Assembly (NCBI RefSeq): GCF_009914755.1
Contig: NC_060930.1
Length of the DNA: 64,000 nt
DNA from: the human T2T-CHM13v2.0 reference genome, Homo sapiens
Reading direction: 5' to 3' (one strand)
The position numbers and the translations under genes are program-made. Positions within the stretch are counted from its first letter, which is position 1; each line of letters starts with the position of its first letter. Shown piece by piece: positions 27,081 to 41,167 of the stretch. The notes below the pieces were generated by a model that saw nothing but the letters and a program-made list of their open reading frames with translations, was not told where the DNA came from and searched no databases.

Positions 27081-27934
27081 GGCACTCCCTACTGCTAACC
27101 AGCAGTCATTTACTTTAATGCTTTGAAATAAAATACTTTGTATTTTTAATTCATATGTATTAAAATGACACAACTCTTGTCAGAGTGACATTTCAAATAC
27201 TTTTAACAGGTGAAAAAATAACAGGATTTATCCTTTGTGCTCACCACATACTGTTCTGGGTTTCAGGAATTCACCTGCAATTATGGCAATGGATGATCAC
27301 TAGACTTGCTATTCTTCAGCATTAAGTATAGTAGAGAGACTTCTTAGCATAGAATGGCAGTAAAAATGCTGAGCATTGTGGATTTTAGTGAGTGAAAGAC
27401 TAGAGAAATAAGTTCGTCCAGAAGTTCTTGAAAAATTGCAGGTACTCTACATCTCAGAAACCAATACAACTAAAAACCATAGTGTAAATGGGGTCATATT
27501 TTGGTACCAATATTGGGATCTGCAGTCCTTGTTCACTGGCTGAAATGTGTCTATGCTTTTTTCCCAGTGGATTCTTACTGCACATTAGTCCCATAAGATA
27601 CTCAATTTTTTAAAAATTCTATGATTAAATGTGATTGGGAAACTTATAATTTCAAAATCCCTTCTGAACTTTGCCACATGTATTAATAATTAATAAGCAG
27701 GCTGCTTTATCAACACAGAATCAGAATATTCTCTTTTATGGATGTCCTCTACTGAAATTCTCCTGGGAAAAATAGGCTAAAAGCAATTGCAGTTCAAAAG
27801 TCAACAAAATAGTTTCTCTATCAGTGAGTGACACGTGTCCATATGCACATATACATTTTCTTACCTAATTGAAATAATCCATTAAGCCACCATTATTTAC
27901 TTTTTCATATGTACCAACATTTGAATTTCAAGAA

Positions 27935-27938
<4 letters not shown>

Positions 27939-27971
<33 letters not shown>
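27939..27971. repeat. (TG)n microsatellite
   Basis: Directly visible. Confidence 0.99.
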
Positions 27972-27972
<1 letters not shown>

Positions 27973-28104
27973 ACTTGGAAATACTCAGAAAAGCCAAAAT
28001 GACCTTTGTGAGTTGGGACAGGATGCTAGTAATAAGGAACTAACTAATTTCTTTTTTTTAACCTCACATGGTATAGGCACAGAAAATGTGGCACATGAAA
28101 GCAG

Positions 28105-28275
28105 CAGAGCTTTGAATGATATGAAAAAGGCTCCAATTCTAACTTCAGTCATCAACTGAGTAATGTTGACCAACTACTTACCCACTCTGACTTCAGGCTA
28201 CTCAAATATAATATGGAGGTGACATCTCCTGTCAGGAAACTTGTCTTGCAGATTAAATAAAATAACATTTGTATA
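28105..28275 (+). mobile_element. MIR fragment
   Basis: 'ggctccaattctaacttc...ttacccactctgacttcag...gattaaataaaataa'. Confidence 0.55.
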
Positions 28276-28409
28276 GGGAAATAAACCTAACTAGATCTTA
28301 CCTAACAAATAGTAGTGCTCCTTACCTAGTTCTTTTTCTCACTTTTTTTTTTTTTTTTTAACAAAGTAAGGCATTTACTGCAAAATATTACTTAAATTGT
28401 TTTGGGGAG

Positions 28410-28727
28410 ATTTTTGTTTTCTTTTTTTAACTTTTAGTTTCAGGGGTACAAGTGCAGTTTTGTTCTATGCATAGTGTCTTGTGATGGTTTGGTGTATACC
28501 TTATTTCATCACCCAGGTAATAAGCACAGTATCCAATAGATAATTTCCCACACTCACTCTCTGCCTACACCGCACCCTCAAGTAGGCCCTGGTGTCTGTT
28601 GTTCCCATCTCGTGTTCATATGAACTCAATGTTTAGCTCCCACCTATAAGCGAGAACATGTGATGTTTGGTTTTATGTTCTTGCATTAGTTCCCTTAAGG
28701 TAATGGCTTGCAGCTCCATCCATGTTA
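28410..28727 (-). mobile_element. L1PA15/16-like 3' end
   Basis: 'ttatttcatcacccaggtaataagc', 'caagtaggccctggtgtctgttgttccc', 'tttagctcccacctataag'. Confidence 0.88.
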
Positions 28728-29064
28728 CATCTTACAGGTGATTCAGGAAAAATTAGGGATAGGGTTTCTGATAACTTTTTCTTTCAAATTTTTTTTTCAA
28801 ATGTTCTAAGTCCTTGACATTGTCTATATAAGAATCAGAAAAGACATGGAAAGTGAAAATATAATATGGGAATGGATTTTCTTTAAAAGCAATTGTTGCT
28901 TAATCACTTTAAATGTTTGACATTATTCCTAATGCAATTTGGACATTTTATCAATAATAGGTTTTTAATCATAGCAAACTATTTCTATCTGGCAACTGAC
29001 AGTGAATACATTGCACAATTTAAATGCCTATGCACTGAATGCATCGAGAGCATGGTTGTTCGTA

Positions 29065-29600
29065 ATGTGAAATGCAAATTAAAAGTACAAAAGGCACTAA
29101 TCTTAACCCATCAGATTGCAAAGATCAAAAAGTTGCATAATATCATGTATTTGCAAAGGTTGGTGTGAGCCTAAACTTGCATGACATCTAAAGGAATGTG
29201 GTAACAGCTAACAAAATTCGAATTGCATCCCCTTTGACCCAGCAACACCATTTCTAGCAATTTATCCTACAGAAATACTCTCTTGTATGCAGAACAAAGC
29301 AGCTTCAATGTGCAGCACTGCTAGTTACTGTAAAAGCCTAAAAAGAGCCTACATTTTTATGAATTGAGTACTATTAAAATATTTTGGTACATTTATAAAA
29401 TAGAATATTATATATAATTAATGTATACCATTTATTATAATACTGGTCTTCAAGATATGTTATAAAGCAAAAAAATCAAGTTTCAAAATATTTATATATT
29501 AAAAATGTATAATGAATCTACACTCAATAGGTGTAGATCATTTCTGGAAAAGAAATATCTAAGAACCTGACAGCAGCTGCCTCTAGGGAGTGTATCTGGT
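29065..29600 (+). mobile_element. L1ME-like 3' fragment
   Basis: 'gaaatgcaaattaaaa', 'ccctttgacccagcaac...tttctagcaatttatcctacagaaatactc'. Confidence 0.7.
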
Positions 29601-29609
29601 GACCAAGAG

Positions 29610-30150
29610 GGCCATAACATTTCCCACTGCCTGGCTAAACTTTTAGACAGGCTTCTCCCTAACATTAGATAACCGACCTCCGCATTTTCTTTTAAAATTT
29701 GATTTGGAAAACTTGTAATTGCAAATTCTTTCTCTGTTCTTTTAAAATATAAATCTTTTTGAAAGCTTGTTGCCAGTTTTACAACCCGGAACTGTCTTTC
29801 TCAATGACTTGAGAGCCATCCCTTTGAAATGTAGTCATCAGGGGAGATAGAGGCCCTATCAATCAGTCTCTGTGGGAAGGTAAGAGTCTATCTGCCATCA
29901 AGGTGACTAGCTCCAAATTGTAAAACTATCTCTTGTCATGAAGATAAGAGAAAGTTTACTTTTCCCTTAGGTTAGGCCAATTAGCCAACATAGGTGGCCT
30001 AAAATTCCCTTCTCCTAGTTCTTAAAAACCCTCCAGCCCCTTTTATTGGTGGGGTCGGGTGGGGTGGGGGGGTTGATTTGAGTTCTGGCCTCTTTCCATA
30101 TTGCAATAAACTTCAATTATAGGTACTTTGGCATAATTTTTGCCTTGACA
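29610..30150 (+). mobile_element. MER31-like ERV1 solo LTR
   Basis: 'gagccatccctttgaaatgtagtcatc...gatagaggccctatc...agtctctgtgggaagg'; AATAAA near 30105; ends 'ttgaca'. Confidence 0.7.
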
Positions 30151-31226
30151 CTGGTATACAAAAAACTCTGATCAAAATGGAGACTTAGTTTTCGCTCAAT
30201 ATTTTTTGTACATTTTGACATTTTCATAATGTTCTTGGATTATCTATTCAAAAGATAATCAATCTATTCAAAAAAAATCTAACAAAATTCTTATAGCAGT
30301 CTATGGTCTACAGAAATACAGGCTAAGTTGTCCTGAAGAGAGTCAAACAACCAGTTTCAGCTTTGAAATACTTGTTGAAAATATTTTAAAGGGAAACAAA
30401 AACTTCCAATTAAACAATGTGAACGTTATATAAACTGAGACCAAAATGGGAAAGTCATTAATTCCCTCAAATAGTGTTGTTAATACAAAGAAAGTGTTTT
30501 TGCTTAGTTGAATGAAAATTATAATGAAATCTTAAATGAGAGCTTACTATACTTTTCAGAGATGCTTGATGGATAATTATTCTGTATCTAGCCTATTTGG
30601 GTAACCCTAATATTATATAGGTTTGGGTCAACCTATATTTGACTGTTGAAACCTTCAAACCTCAAATCAGCATTCAGTTAAGCCAGTTGCTTTGTGATGA
30701 CTTACAGTCAAAGCAAATAAGAAGGGTAAGCTCTCATAATTATAAAGTCAGAATAATTCATTTTCAATGACATATTCTTCTTTCCAAGGAAAGTTCTGAA
30801 GTCTGCAGCAAGAAAGTAGGCCATCAATTTTCACCTTCTAGTGAGTTAGTCATGATTTTTAAAATAAGTCCTTTCCTTATGAGGTAAACTTCAAATTCAG
30901 AGTATTTAATGACTTATTAAGTTATTAGTATTAAGGATGTTTGCCCATAAATTTGCAGAAAGAAGAAATTTAATTTTTTTTTTGCATAATAGCATCTTAA
31001 CACTATTAACACAGCTGGATGACATTTTTTTCCTATATCTAGACTATCATCCTCTGTTTACTGTGAGACAACTTACTCCTGATTAGAGTTAACTAAAAAA
31101 AATGTTGGGGGAACAATGGAAAAAGACTTAAATATATAACTCAAGGAAAAAGACAAATATTCTTTGAATGTACCATGATTCTTAGTGTTCAGTGTGTACA
31201 GCTGAGAAACCCATCATCACAAGGAA

Positions 31227-31261
<35 letters not shown>

Positions 31262-31374
31262 ATTTAAAATTGACCAGATACTTCAAGAAAAAGAAAACTG
31301 TCTCCTGAAATCTGTACTACCTCTGGTAGTGCATCTTTTACTCCTTCCTCTGAATCCATGCCATAGAAGGCATG

Positions 31375-31515
31375 TTCCATGGATTAACAGCATTGCCATC
31401 ATTTAGGAGCTTGTTAAGAATGAAGAATCTCAGTCCCTATCCTAAGCCTCTTAATCAAAATCTGCATTTTAACAAGATCCCCAGGTGATTTGTATTCAGA
31501 CTAAAGAGTCTGAAT
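31375..31515. mobile_element. MER5-type hAT DNA transposon remnant
   Basis: 'gagcttgttaagaatg...aatctgcattttaacaagatccccaggtgatt'. Confidence 0.85.
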
Positions 31516-32161
31516 GTCCTCTCTCCTCCTACTCCACAAACATTAGCTATGACAGAAGATTGAAGAGCTCTTAGAACAAAGAGGAAAACATTCCATGTAG
31601 TCCCCCAACCACACCCTCTCTTTTCCATTCTGTCTGGCATGCCATTACCAAAAATGGTCTCCCCAAAATATTGCTGTGTCATGCTCCTAACAAATATAAT
31701 AACGTACTCACTTGAAGTATATTTTGAACAAAGTTCTTTCATGTAAATTGTCTGAGTTTATTCTCACATCAATATTGTAGATTACGTTGTATTGGTTCCA
31801 GATGTATTCTCAGAAAAGTCACATACATTCCTAAAGTCAGTCATGAAATAAGCAGTGGAACCAAGCCTCACTGCGTTAAATTGTATCATTAAATATTGCA
31901 CTCCCTCCCCCATTTTATTCTGGCTCATTCCCTTGTCCTGTTTTGCAACAATTCTCCACTACAAATTTTTAAAACTCCGAAAACGTGACACAATCTGGCC
32001 CCACTGACCTCTCCTACCAGACCACACTCTATGTCAAAACCAATCCTGTGAGATGGCCCCACAGCCTAGCTGTATTCACCCAGACTTCTTTACTCACACG
32101 TCTCTTTCAGAGAAACCAACACCATTCCAGTTTTTTGAAATGCAGCTAAAGACCATCATTA

Positions 32162-32560
<399 letters not shown>

Positions 32561-32595
32561 TTAGAGTGTCCTGAGTTTCTCAGCTCAATATAATG

Positions 32596-35500
32596 TTTTT
32601 TTCTTCCAAATTTTATTTGCGGTTCAGGGAGCACATGGGTGGGTTTGGGTAAATTGCATGTTGCAGGAGTTTGGTGTACAGATTATTTCACCACCCAGGT
32701 AATAAAGCATAGTACCCAACAGGTAGTCTTCTGATCCTCATTCTCTTCCCACCCTTCACAATAAAGTAGGCTCTGGTGTCTATTTTTCCCTTCTTTTTGT
32801 CCGTGTGTATTCAATGTTTAGGTCCTCTTATAAGTGAGAACCTGTGGTATTTGGTTTTCAGTTCCTGTGTAATTTGCTTAGGATAATGGCCTTAAGTTGT
32901 ATGCATGTTGCTGCAAATAATATAATCTCATTCTTCTTTATGGCTACGTAGCATGTCATGGTGTATATGTACCACATTTTCTTTATCCAGTCTAACATTG
33001 ATGGACATTTGGGTTGATTCCTTGTCATTGCTATTGTGAACACTGCTGCAATGAACCTAACACGTGCATGTGTCTTTATGGTAGAACAATTTATATCCCT
33101 TTGGGTATATACCCAGTAATGGGATTGCTAGATCGAATTGTAGTTCTGTCTTAAGATCTTTGACAAATCTCCAAACTGCTTTCCACAGTGGCTGAACTAG
33201 TTTACATTCTCATCAGCAGTGTACAAGCATTCCCTTTTCTTCACAACCTTGCCAGCATCTCTTATTTTTTCTTTTCAATAACAGCAATTCTGACTGGTGT
33301 GAGATGGTATGTCATTGTGGTTTTGATTTGTATTTCTTTAATGATTAGTTATGTTGAGCACATCTCCATATGCTTGTTGGCTGTGTATATATCTTCTTTT
33401 GAAAAGTGTTTGTTCACGTCCTTTGCCCATTTTTAATTGGGTTTTTTCACTTGTTGATTTAAATACCTTATAGATTCTTGATATTAGACCATTGTTGAAT
33501 GCATAGTTGGCAAATATTTTCCCCCATTCTGCAGATTGTTGGTTTACTCTGTTGATAGTTTATTTTGCTCTGCAGAAGCTCTTTAGTTTAATTAGGTCCT
33601 ATTTATTAATTTGTCTTTTTCTTACAATAGCTTTTGACATCTTTGCCATGAAATCTTTGCCAGGGCCTATGTCCAGAATCATATTTCTTAAGTTTTCTTC
33701 TAGGGTTTATTTCACAGTTTAAGTTTTACATTTAAGTATTTAATTCCTCTCGAGTTGATTTTTGTATATGTTAAAAGGAAAAGGTCTAGTTTCAATCTTC
33801 TGCATATGGCTAGCCAGGTATCTTAGTGTCATTCGTTCAATAAGGAGTCACTTTCCTCATTGTTTGGTTTTGCAGACTTTGTTGAAGATTAAATGGTTGT
33901 ACATGTGCAGCTTTATTTATGGGTTCTCTAAACCGTTCCATTGGTCTGTGTGTCTGTTTTTGTGCTACTATAATGCTGTTTTAGTTACTGTTGCTTTATA
34001 CTATAGTTTGAAGTCAGGTAGTGTGATGCTTCTGGCTTTGTTCTGTTTTTTAGAATTGCTTTGGCTACCTGGTCTCTTTTTTGGTTCTATATAAATTATA
34101 GAATAGGTTTTTCTAATTCTGTGAAAAATATTATTGTTGGTTTTATAGGAATAGCCTTGAATCTGTAAATTGCTTTGGGAAGTACGGCCATTTTAATGAT
34201 ATTGATTCTTCTTATCCATAAGCATGGAACGTCTTCCCATCTATTTGTATCATCTCTGACTTCTTTTAGAAGTGTTTCATAATTCTCATTGTAGAGACCT
34301 TTTACTTCACTGGTTAGCTGTATTTCTAGGTATTTTATTCTTCTTGTGGCTACTGTGAATAGAGTTGTGTTCTTGATTTTGTTCTCAGCTTAGAAGTTGT
34401 TGGTGTATAGGAATATCAATTATTTTTGTACTTTGATTTTGTATCTTAAAACACTGCTGAAGTTATCAGATCTAGGAGCTTTTGGGCAGAGACATGGGGT
34501 TTTCTTAGGTATAAAATTATATCATCTGTGAAGACAGATAGTTTGACTTCCTCTCTTCTTATTTGAAAGCCTTTTTTTTTACTTTCTTTTGCCTGATTGC
34601 TCTGGCTAGAACTTCTAGTACTATGTTGAGTAGGACTGTCAAGAGTGGGCATCCTTGTCTTATTTGAGTTCTCAAGGGGAATGTTTCCAGGTTTTGCCCA
34701 TTAAGCATTATTTAGACTGCAGGTTTGTCATAGAAGGCTCTTACTATTTTGAGGTATGTTCCTTCAACATCTAGTTTGTTTAGGGTTTTTTAACATGAAA
34801 GGATGTTTGAATTTTATCACAAGATTTCTGTATCTGAGACACTCATGTGGTTTTAGTTTTTAGTTCTGTTTATGTGATGAAGTACATGCATTGATTTGCA
34901 TATGTTGAGCCAATCTTGCACCCCAGGGATAAAGCTTATTTGATTGTGATGGAGGAGGTTTTTGAAGTGCTGCTGGATTTGGTTTGCTAGTATATGTTGA
35001 GGATGTTTGCATCTATGTTCATCAAAGATATTGGCCTGAAGTTTCCTTGTTTTGTTGTGTCTCCACCAGGTTCTGGTATCAAAATGATATTAGACTCATA
35101 GAGTAAGTTAGCAAAGTGTCCCTTCTCCTCAATTTTTTGGAATAGTTTCATTAGGATTGCTGCTAACTATTATTCATACCTGGAGTATAGTCTGGTAGAA
35201 TTTGGCTGTGAATCCATCTGGTCCAGGGTTTTTTTCTGGTTGGTAGGCTTTTTATTACTGATTCAACTTTAGAACTCCTTGTTGGTCTGTTCAGACTGTC
35301 AATTTCTCCCTGCTTCAATCTTGGGAGGTGGTATGTATCCAGGAATTTATCAGATTGTGTGTGTGGGGGGTGGGGGGGGGAGGTTTCTAGTTTCTGTGCA
35401 TTAAAGGGTTGATAATAGTCTCAGGTGGGCTTTTTTGTATTTCTTTGATGTCGGTGGTAATGTCCCCTTAGTCATTTCCGATTATGCTTATTTGAGTAGT

Positions 35501-37545
35501 TTCTCTTTTTCTTTATTATTCTAGCTAGTGATCTATCAATTTTATTTATTCTTTCATAGAACCAACCTTTGGGGTTTTTTTAATCTTTTTATCTTTTTTA
35601 TCTCAATTTCATTCTGTTTGGCTTTGATTTTGGTTACTTCTTGTCTTCTGCTATCTTTGGGGTTGGTTTGCTCTTGTTTTTCTAGTTCCTCTAGATGTGA
35701 TGTGAGGTTGTTAATGTGAAATCTTTTTAACTTTTTGATGTGAGCATTTAGCACTATAAACTTTCTTCTTAACACGGTTTTATCTGTGTCTCAAAGATTC
35801 TGGTATGTTGTATATTTTCTTAATTAGTTTCAAATAATTTCTTGACTTCTGTCTTAATTTCATTATTTACCCAAAATTCATTCAGGAGAAGGTTATTTAA
35901 TTTATATGTAATTGTATTGTTTTGAGACATCTTAGTATTAATTTTCATTTTTATTGCATTGTGGTCTGAGAGTGTGATTGGTTTGATTTCAGTTTTTTTA
36001 ATTTGTTGAGAATTGTTTTATAGTCATTCATGTGGTTTGATTTAGAGTATGTTCCATATGCAGATGAGAAGTATATATATTCTGTTGTTGAGTGGAGTGT
36101 TGTGTACATGTTTGTTAGGTCCTTTTGGTCAAATGTTATTAAGTCCCGAATAGCTTTGTTAGTTTTCTGTCTTGATGATCTGTCTAATACTGTCAGTGGG
36201 ATGTTGAAGTCTCCCACTATTATTGTGTGCTTATCTAAGTCTCATTGTAGGTTTCTAATAACTTGTTTTATGAATTTGTTACTCCTTGGTTGGATGCATA
36301 TATATTTAGAATAATTAAGTCTTCTTGTTGAATTGAATATTTTATCATTATGTAATGCTCTTGTCTTTTTTGATAATTGTTGGTTTAAAGCCTATTTTGT
36401 CTGGAATTAGAATAGCAACTCCTGCCTTTTTTGTTTTCCATTTGCTTGGTAGAGTTTTCTTCATGTCTTTACTTTGAGCCTTCGGGTGTCATTGCATGTG
36501 AGATGAGTTTCTTAAAGATGGCATAAAGTTGGGTCTTCTTTATGAAACTTGCCACCCTATGCCTTTTAAGTAAGGCATTTAGACTGCTTACATTTAAGGT
36601 TAATATTGATATGTGAGGATTTGGTCCTGTCATCATGATATCGGCTATTTATTATGCAGACTTAATTGTGTAGTTGCTTTATAGTGTCAATGATCTATGT
36701 ACTTAAGTGTGTTATTGTGGTAGCTGGTAATGGTCTTTCATTTCCATGTTTAGCACTCCCTTAAAGACCTCTTATAAGGCTGGTCTGATGGTATCAAATT
36801 CCTTTAGCATTTGTTGGTCTGAAAAGGATCTTATATGTCCTTCACTTAGGAAGCTTAGTTTGGCTGAATGTAAAATAATTGGTTGGCATTTGTTTTCTTC
36901 AAGAATGCTGAATATAGGCCCACATTCCCTTCTGGCTCATACGGTTTCTGCTGAAATATCCACTGTTAGCCTGATAGGTTGCCCTTTGTAGAAGACCTGC
37001 CCTTGTCTCTAGCTGCCTTTAATATTTTTATTTTCATGTTGACATTGGAGGATCTGATGACTATGTGTTTGGCAATGGTCTTCTTCTATAGTATCTCAGA
37101 GGTGTTCTCTGCATTTCCAGATTTTGAATGTTGGCCTTTGTAGCGAGGTTGGAGAAATTTTCATGGACAATATCCTCAAATGTTTTCCAAGTTGCCTGCT
37201 CTTTCTCCTTCTCTTTCAAGGATACCAATAATTCATAGGTTTGGTTTCTACATAATCCATATTTCTCAGAGGATTTGTTCATTCTTTTTTATTTTTATTT
37301 TTTTTTGTCTTATTGAGTTGATTCAAAGAACTGGTCTTCAATCTCTGGGATTCTTTTCTCAGCTTTGTCTATTCTGCTGTTAATACTTTCAATTTTGTTA
37401 TAAAATTCATATACTAAGTTTTTCAGCTCTATCATTTTCATTTGTTTTTTATGACTATTTCATTTTTCAGCTCTTCATTTTATTTCATTCTTAGATTCCT
37501 TGAATTGGGTATTGACTTTATGCTGAATCAATCTGAAGTTTAACT
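32596..37545 (-). mobile_element. ~5-kb L1PA15/16-like LINE-1 (part of ORF1, ORF2, 3'UTR), decayed
   Basis: Antisense 3'UTR at 32596; minus ORF remnants 'GDFNIPLTVLDRSSRQK', 'VFTDDIILYL', 'KCPSMLDWIKKMWYIYTM'. Confidence 0.95.
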
Positions 37546-37549
37546 TTTC

Positions 37550-38190
37550 CTCCACATACCCTTGAGTGTAGGTTGTACTTAGCAGCTTGCCTCCAAAGAG
37601 TAGAGTACGACAATGAGCCAAAAATACAACTTTATAGCAATGAAACCTGGTAAACACTAAATTAGACATGCTTTCAAAGTTAAAATAATCAGTGATTATT
37701 CAAGTTGATATTATATACCCTTGATATGAAGAAAGGGGAATGGTACCTCAACTTTGTGGTCTTTCTTCTCAAATCCCATAACCCTAGCCTAATCATTAAA
37801 CATCAGGCAAACCCCAAATCAAGAGAGACTACAAAAATACCTGATTAGTACTCCTCAAACTGTCAAGATTCATGACTATTAAAAACAAGAAAATTTAGAG
37901 AAATTATTATTGACCAAAGGAGGATATCATGACTAAATATAATGCAGAATGACTAAATGTAATGAAGGAATTATCAAACAGAAAAATGGAATTAAAAATT
38001 AGTGAAATCTTTTCAGAAGTGTACAGTTTAGTTAATAGATAAGCTTCATCTTTGTTTTTTAGTTGTGACAAATGTACCATAGTGATTAAGATGTTAACAA
38101 TAGGGGAAACCGAATGAGAGATATATAGGAATTCTCTGTATTATCTTTGCAACATTTTTGTGAATCAAAAACTACTCTAAAAGATTTATT
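37550..38190 (+). mobile_element. L1MC/L1MD 3'UTR fragment
   Basis: 'ccttgagtgtagg...cttgcctccaaagagtagagta', 'ttagttgtgacaaatgtaccatagt...gatgttaacaataggggaaac'. Confidence 0.8.
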
Positions 38191-38524
38191 TAAATTTGTT
38201 TAAGATAGAAAACTAAATACTTTCTTAAACAAAAGCTCAAAGATTTTTAACCAATAGACCAGTACTATAAAAATGTTAGTTGAATTACTTCAGGCAAAAT
38301 GAAAATAATAACAGATATAAACTCAAAAGTATGTAAAGAAATGAAGAGGATTAGAAGTGGTAAATGTGTGTTGCAAATAAAAAGAGATTGTTTTCATCAT
38401 TTTTTAAACAGGATAATTGATTGTATAACAATGTATTTTGGATTTTAACATACATAGAAGCAAAATATGTGACAATAATTGTAATGTTACGTGAAAGGGC
38501 TATATAAGCAAAGTGACCTTCAAA

Positions 38525-38930
38525 TGTTAAAGGAGCTGAGAAACCAAAGTAGGAGGCAGAAAAATACATTTTTTCGTATTGGTGAATGAATTGAGGGAAC
38601 TTACCAATAGAAGCATGGTCTTGGGCGACCACAAGACAACTAGATATCCACACTTTTACTCTTCAGACCCAGCACTTATAGGGAAAGCATATACCTGCTC
38701 TAGCAAGACAATTAAAGGCAACCCTCCAGAAGAGGCAAGAATGCTATGTGCACCACAGCCTATAATTTATGTAATAACATCAAGGTTGACATGTTCTTAA
38801 ATATCTACAATAAATAAAGCGGAAATCAGGAAGCACTCACAGAAATGGGGCTAATCAAAAGTCAACAAGACAGATTAGTATCCCAGATAAAGTCACTTTT
38901 GTGTCCACAAGAACAAAGGACAGGTCAGAG
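38525..38930. mobile_element. LTR-like element, family not assigned
   Basis: ~400-bp GC-richer block starting TG that interrupts the A-rich L1M text. Confidence 0.45.
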
Positions 38931-39579
38931 AAAATGTCGGTATACTCATACTATATGTGAGGATATATAGTATCACTTGAAAAGTTATAGGTAATAAGCC
39001 AACAAATACAATAAAATAGAATAAAAACACTCAATCCAAAAGAAGGAAAATTGAACAAATAAAAGATTACAATAATGTAAAGATGGAACTTTTAAATTAT
39101 TGGGCAACCACTAAAAAAATAAAATAGAACACTAGTGGATCTCAAATGGAACACAAAAAATATTAATCTGAAAAGGCAGAAAAAATATGTAAAACAGAAC
39201 AAAAGAAAATAGATGTTAAAATAAAACAAATAGCAAGATGGTAGATTTATATCCAACCATATCAATAGTTTTATTAAATGCAAATGATCTATTCAATGGA
39301 TACAAAAATGAGACATAATTCTATATCAGAGTCTATAAGGGATACTTTTTAAAGGTAGAGGTTGGTTAAAAATAAGAGAATGAAAAATGCAAGCGAGGGA
39401 AGAGACAAATTTCCCTTGTAGAAGATTTCAAAAGAATATATGTAAACATGCTACCTTCAATGGGAGGGACCATAAATCCCTACTCCTCAAGTGTGAGTGG
39501 GGTATAGTATGTTTCTTTCAAAGACCTCAGTGTAGAAAGAAGAAAAAAGTGTAAACAGACAAGTAAATGTAAAAGGAAG

Positions 39580-39945
39580 ACATATATATTACATTTACAT
39601 AAGTATATATATATATTTATATTGACATAAGTATATATTATATAAGTATACAATACAAATATATATTTACATAAGTATATACTTATATAAATATATAAGT
39701 ATATACATATATACTTATATAATATATACTTATAAGCATATACATAAGTAAAAAAGGAAGAGATTATAATATATATTTACATAAATATATATATTTGTAT
39801 GTCTAATCTGTCATGTTGACTTTTGATTAGCCCCATTCCTGTGAGTGCCTCCTGATTTTCACTTTATTTATTGTAGCTAGTGTAAGAACATGTCAACCTT
39901 GATGTTATTATTTATGTAAATATATATATCATATATATATATTTG
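39580..39945. repeat. TA-rich quasi-palindromic low-complexity tract containing a 108-bp inverted local copy
   Basis: Repeated aagtatat/atatactt units in both orientations. Confidence 0.9.
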
Positions 39946-40355
39946 TTACCCCCCAAGCCAATTTCATATGTTAACCCCAATCCCTAGTATCTCAGAATGT
40001 GACTGCATTTGGAGATAGAGCTTTTAAATAGGTAATTAAGTCAAAATGAGGCTGTTAGTGTAGGGCCTAATTCAATCTGACTGGTGTCCTTATAAGAAGA
40101 GATTAGAACATGCAGAGAGACCCTAAGGGTACATGTATACAGAGTGAGAACCATATGAGGAGACAGCAAGCAGGTGGCCACCTGCAAGACAAGGAGAGAG
40201 TCCTCAAGAGAAATCAACACTACTGGCAACTTCACCTTGAATTTTTAGCCTTCAGAGTTGTGAGACAATAAATTTGTTGTTAAAACCAACAAACCAATTT
40301 GTTGTTCAATACCAGTCTGTGGTATTTTGTTATGATAGCCCAAGCGAACAAATAC
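39945..40355 (+). mobile_element. MLT1B-like LTR
   Basis: 'ctcagaatgtgactgcatttggagatag', 'tgactggtgtccttataagaagaga', ends 'caaataca'. Confidence 0.88.
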
Positions 40356-41167
40356 AGTTAGTAACAGACAAGGCAGATTTTAGAGCAAACAATATTACCA
40401 AAGACAAAGAGAGGCATTTCATAGTAATTAAGGGGTTGATTTATCAAGAGGACATAAGAACCTTTACTACCTATGCACCCAATAAGATAACTTTATAAGG
40501 TATAAAACAAAAACCGACGTAAGTAAAATAAGTTGACAAATCCACAATTATAATTCAAATGTCAACAATATTCTCATAATTGATGTAACAAGGAAACAAA
40601 ATAGAAAACTTCAAAAACACTATCAACAACAAGATCTAGTTAACACTTATAGAACACTTCACCCAACAAAAGGAGAATGTATATATTTTAAAGTATACAT
40701 AATACATTCACCAGAAACGACTATATTCTGTGCCACATAACAAGTTTCAAAATGTATGAGAATTCAAATCAACAGCAGGACTTTTTCTGACCGTAACAAA
40801 TAAATTCAAAATTGGTACCAAAGAAATATCTAGAATATTCCCTAATATTTGGGAATTAACACTTTTCTAAAGAAACTATGGGTCAAAAAATCATGAGAGA
40901 TTAGAAAACATATTGAACTTAATAAGCACTAAAACATGACATATAAAATTTTTTGATGCATCTAGAACAGTGTTTACAGGGAAACTTACAAATGTAAATA
41001 TTACAGAAAAAGAGAAAACAAACGATAAAAGAAAAGGAAAAATGTTGTGATAAAGTTTTTACAAATAGGACACAGATGGTACAAACCATCACATAAATGA
41101 CAAATTAGGTTTCATAAAAAATTTAAAATTCTGCTAACCAAAAGACATTTAGAAAATAAAAAAATGC

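Larger units (their letters stand above)
38200..41165 (+). mobile_element. Fragmented old L1M inter-ORF/ORF2 5' region carrying several nested insertions
   Basis: Endonuclease-region remnant 'DKADFRANNITKDKERHFIVIKGLIYQEDI' at ~40360-40490. Confidence 0.7.
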
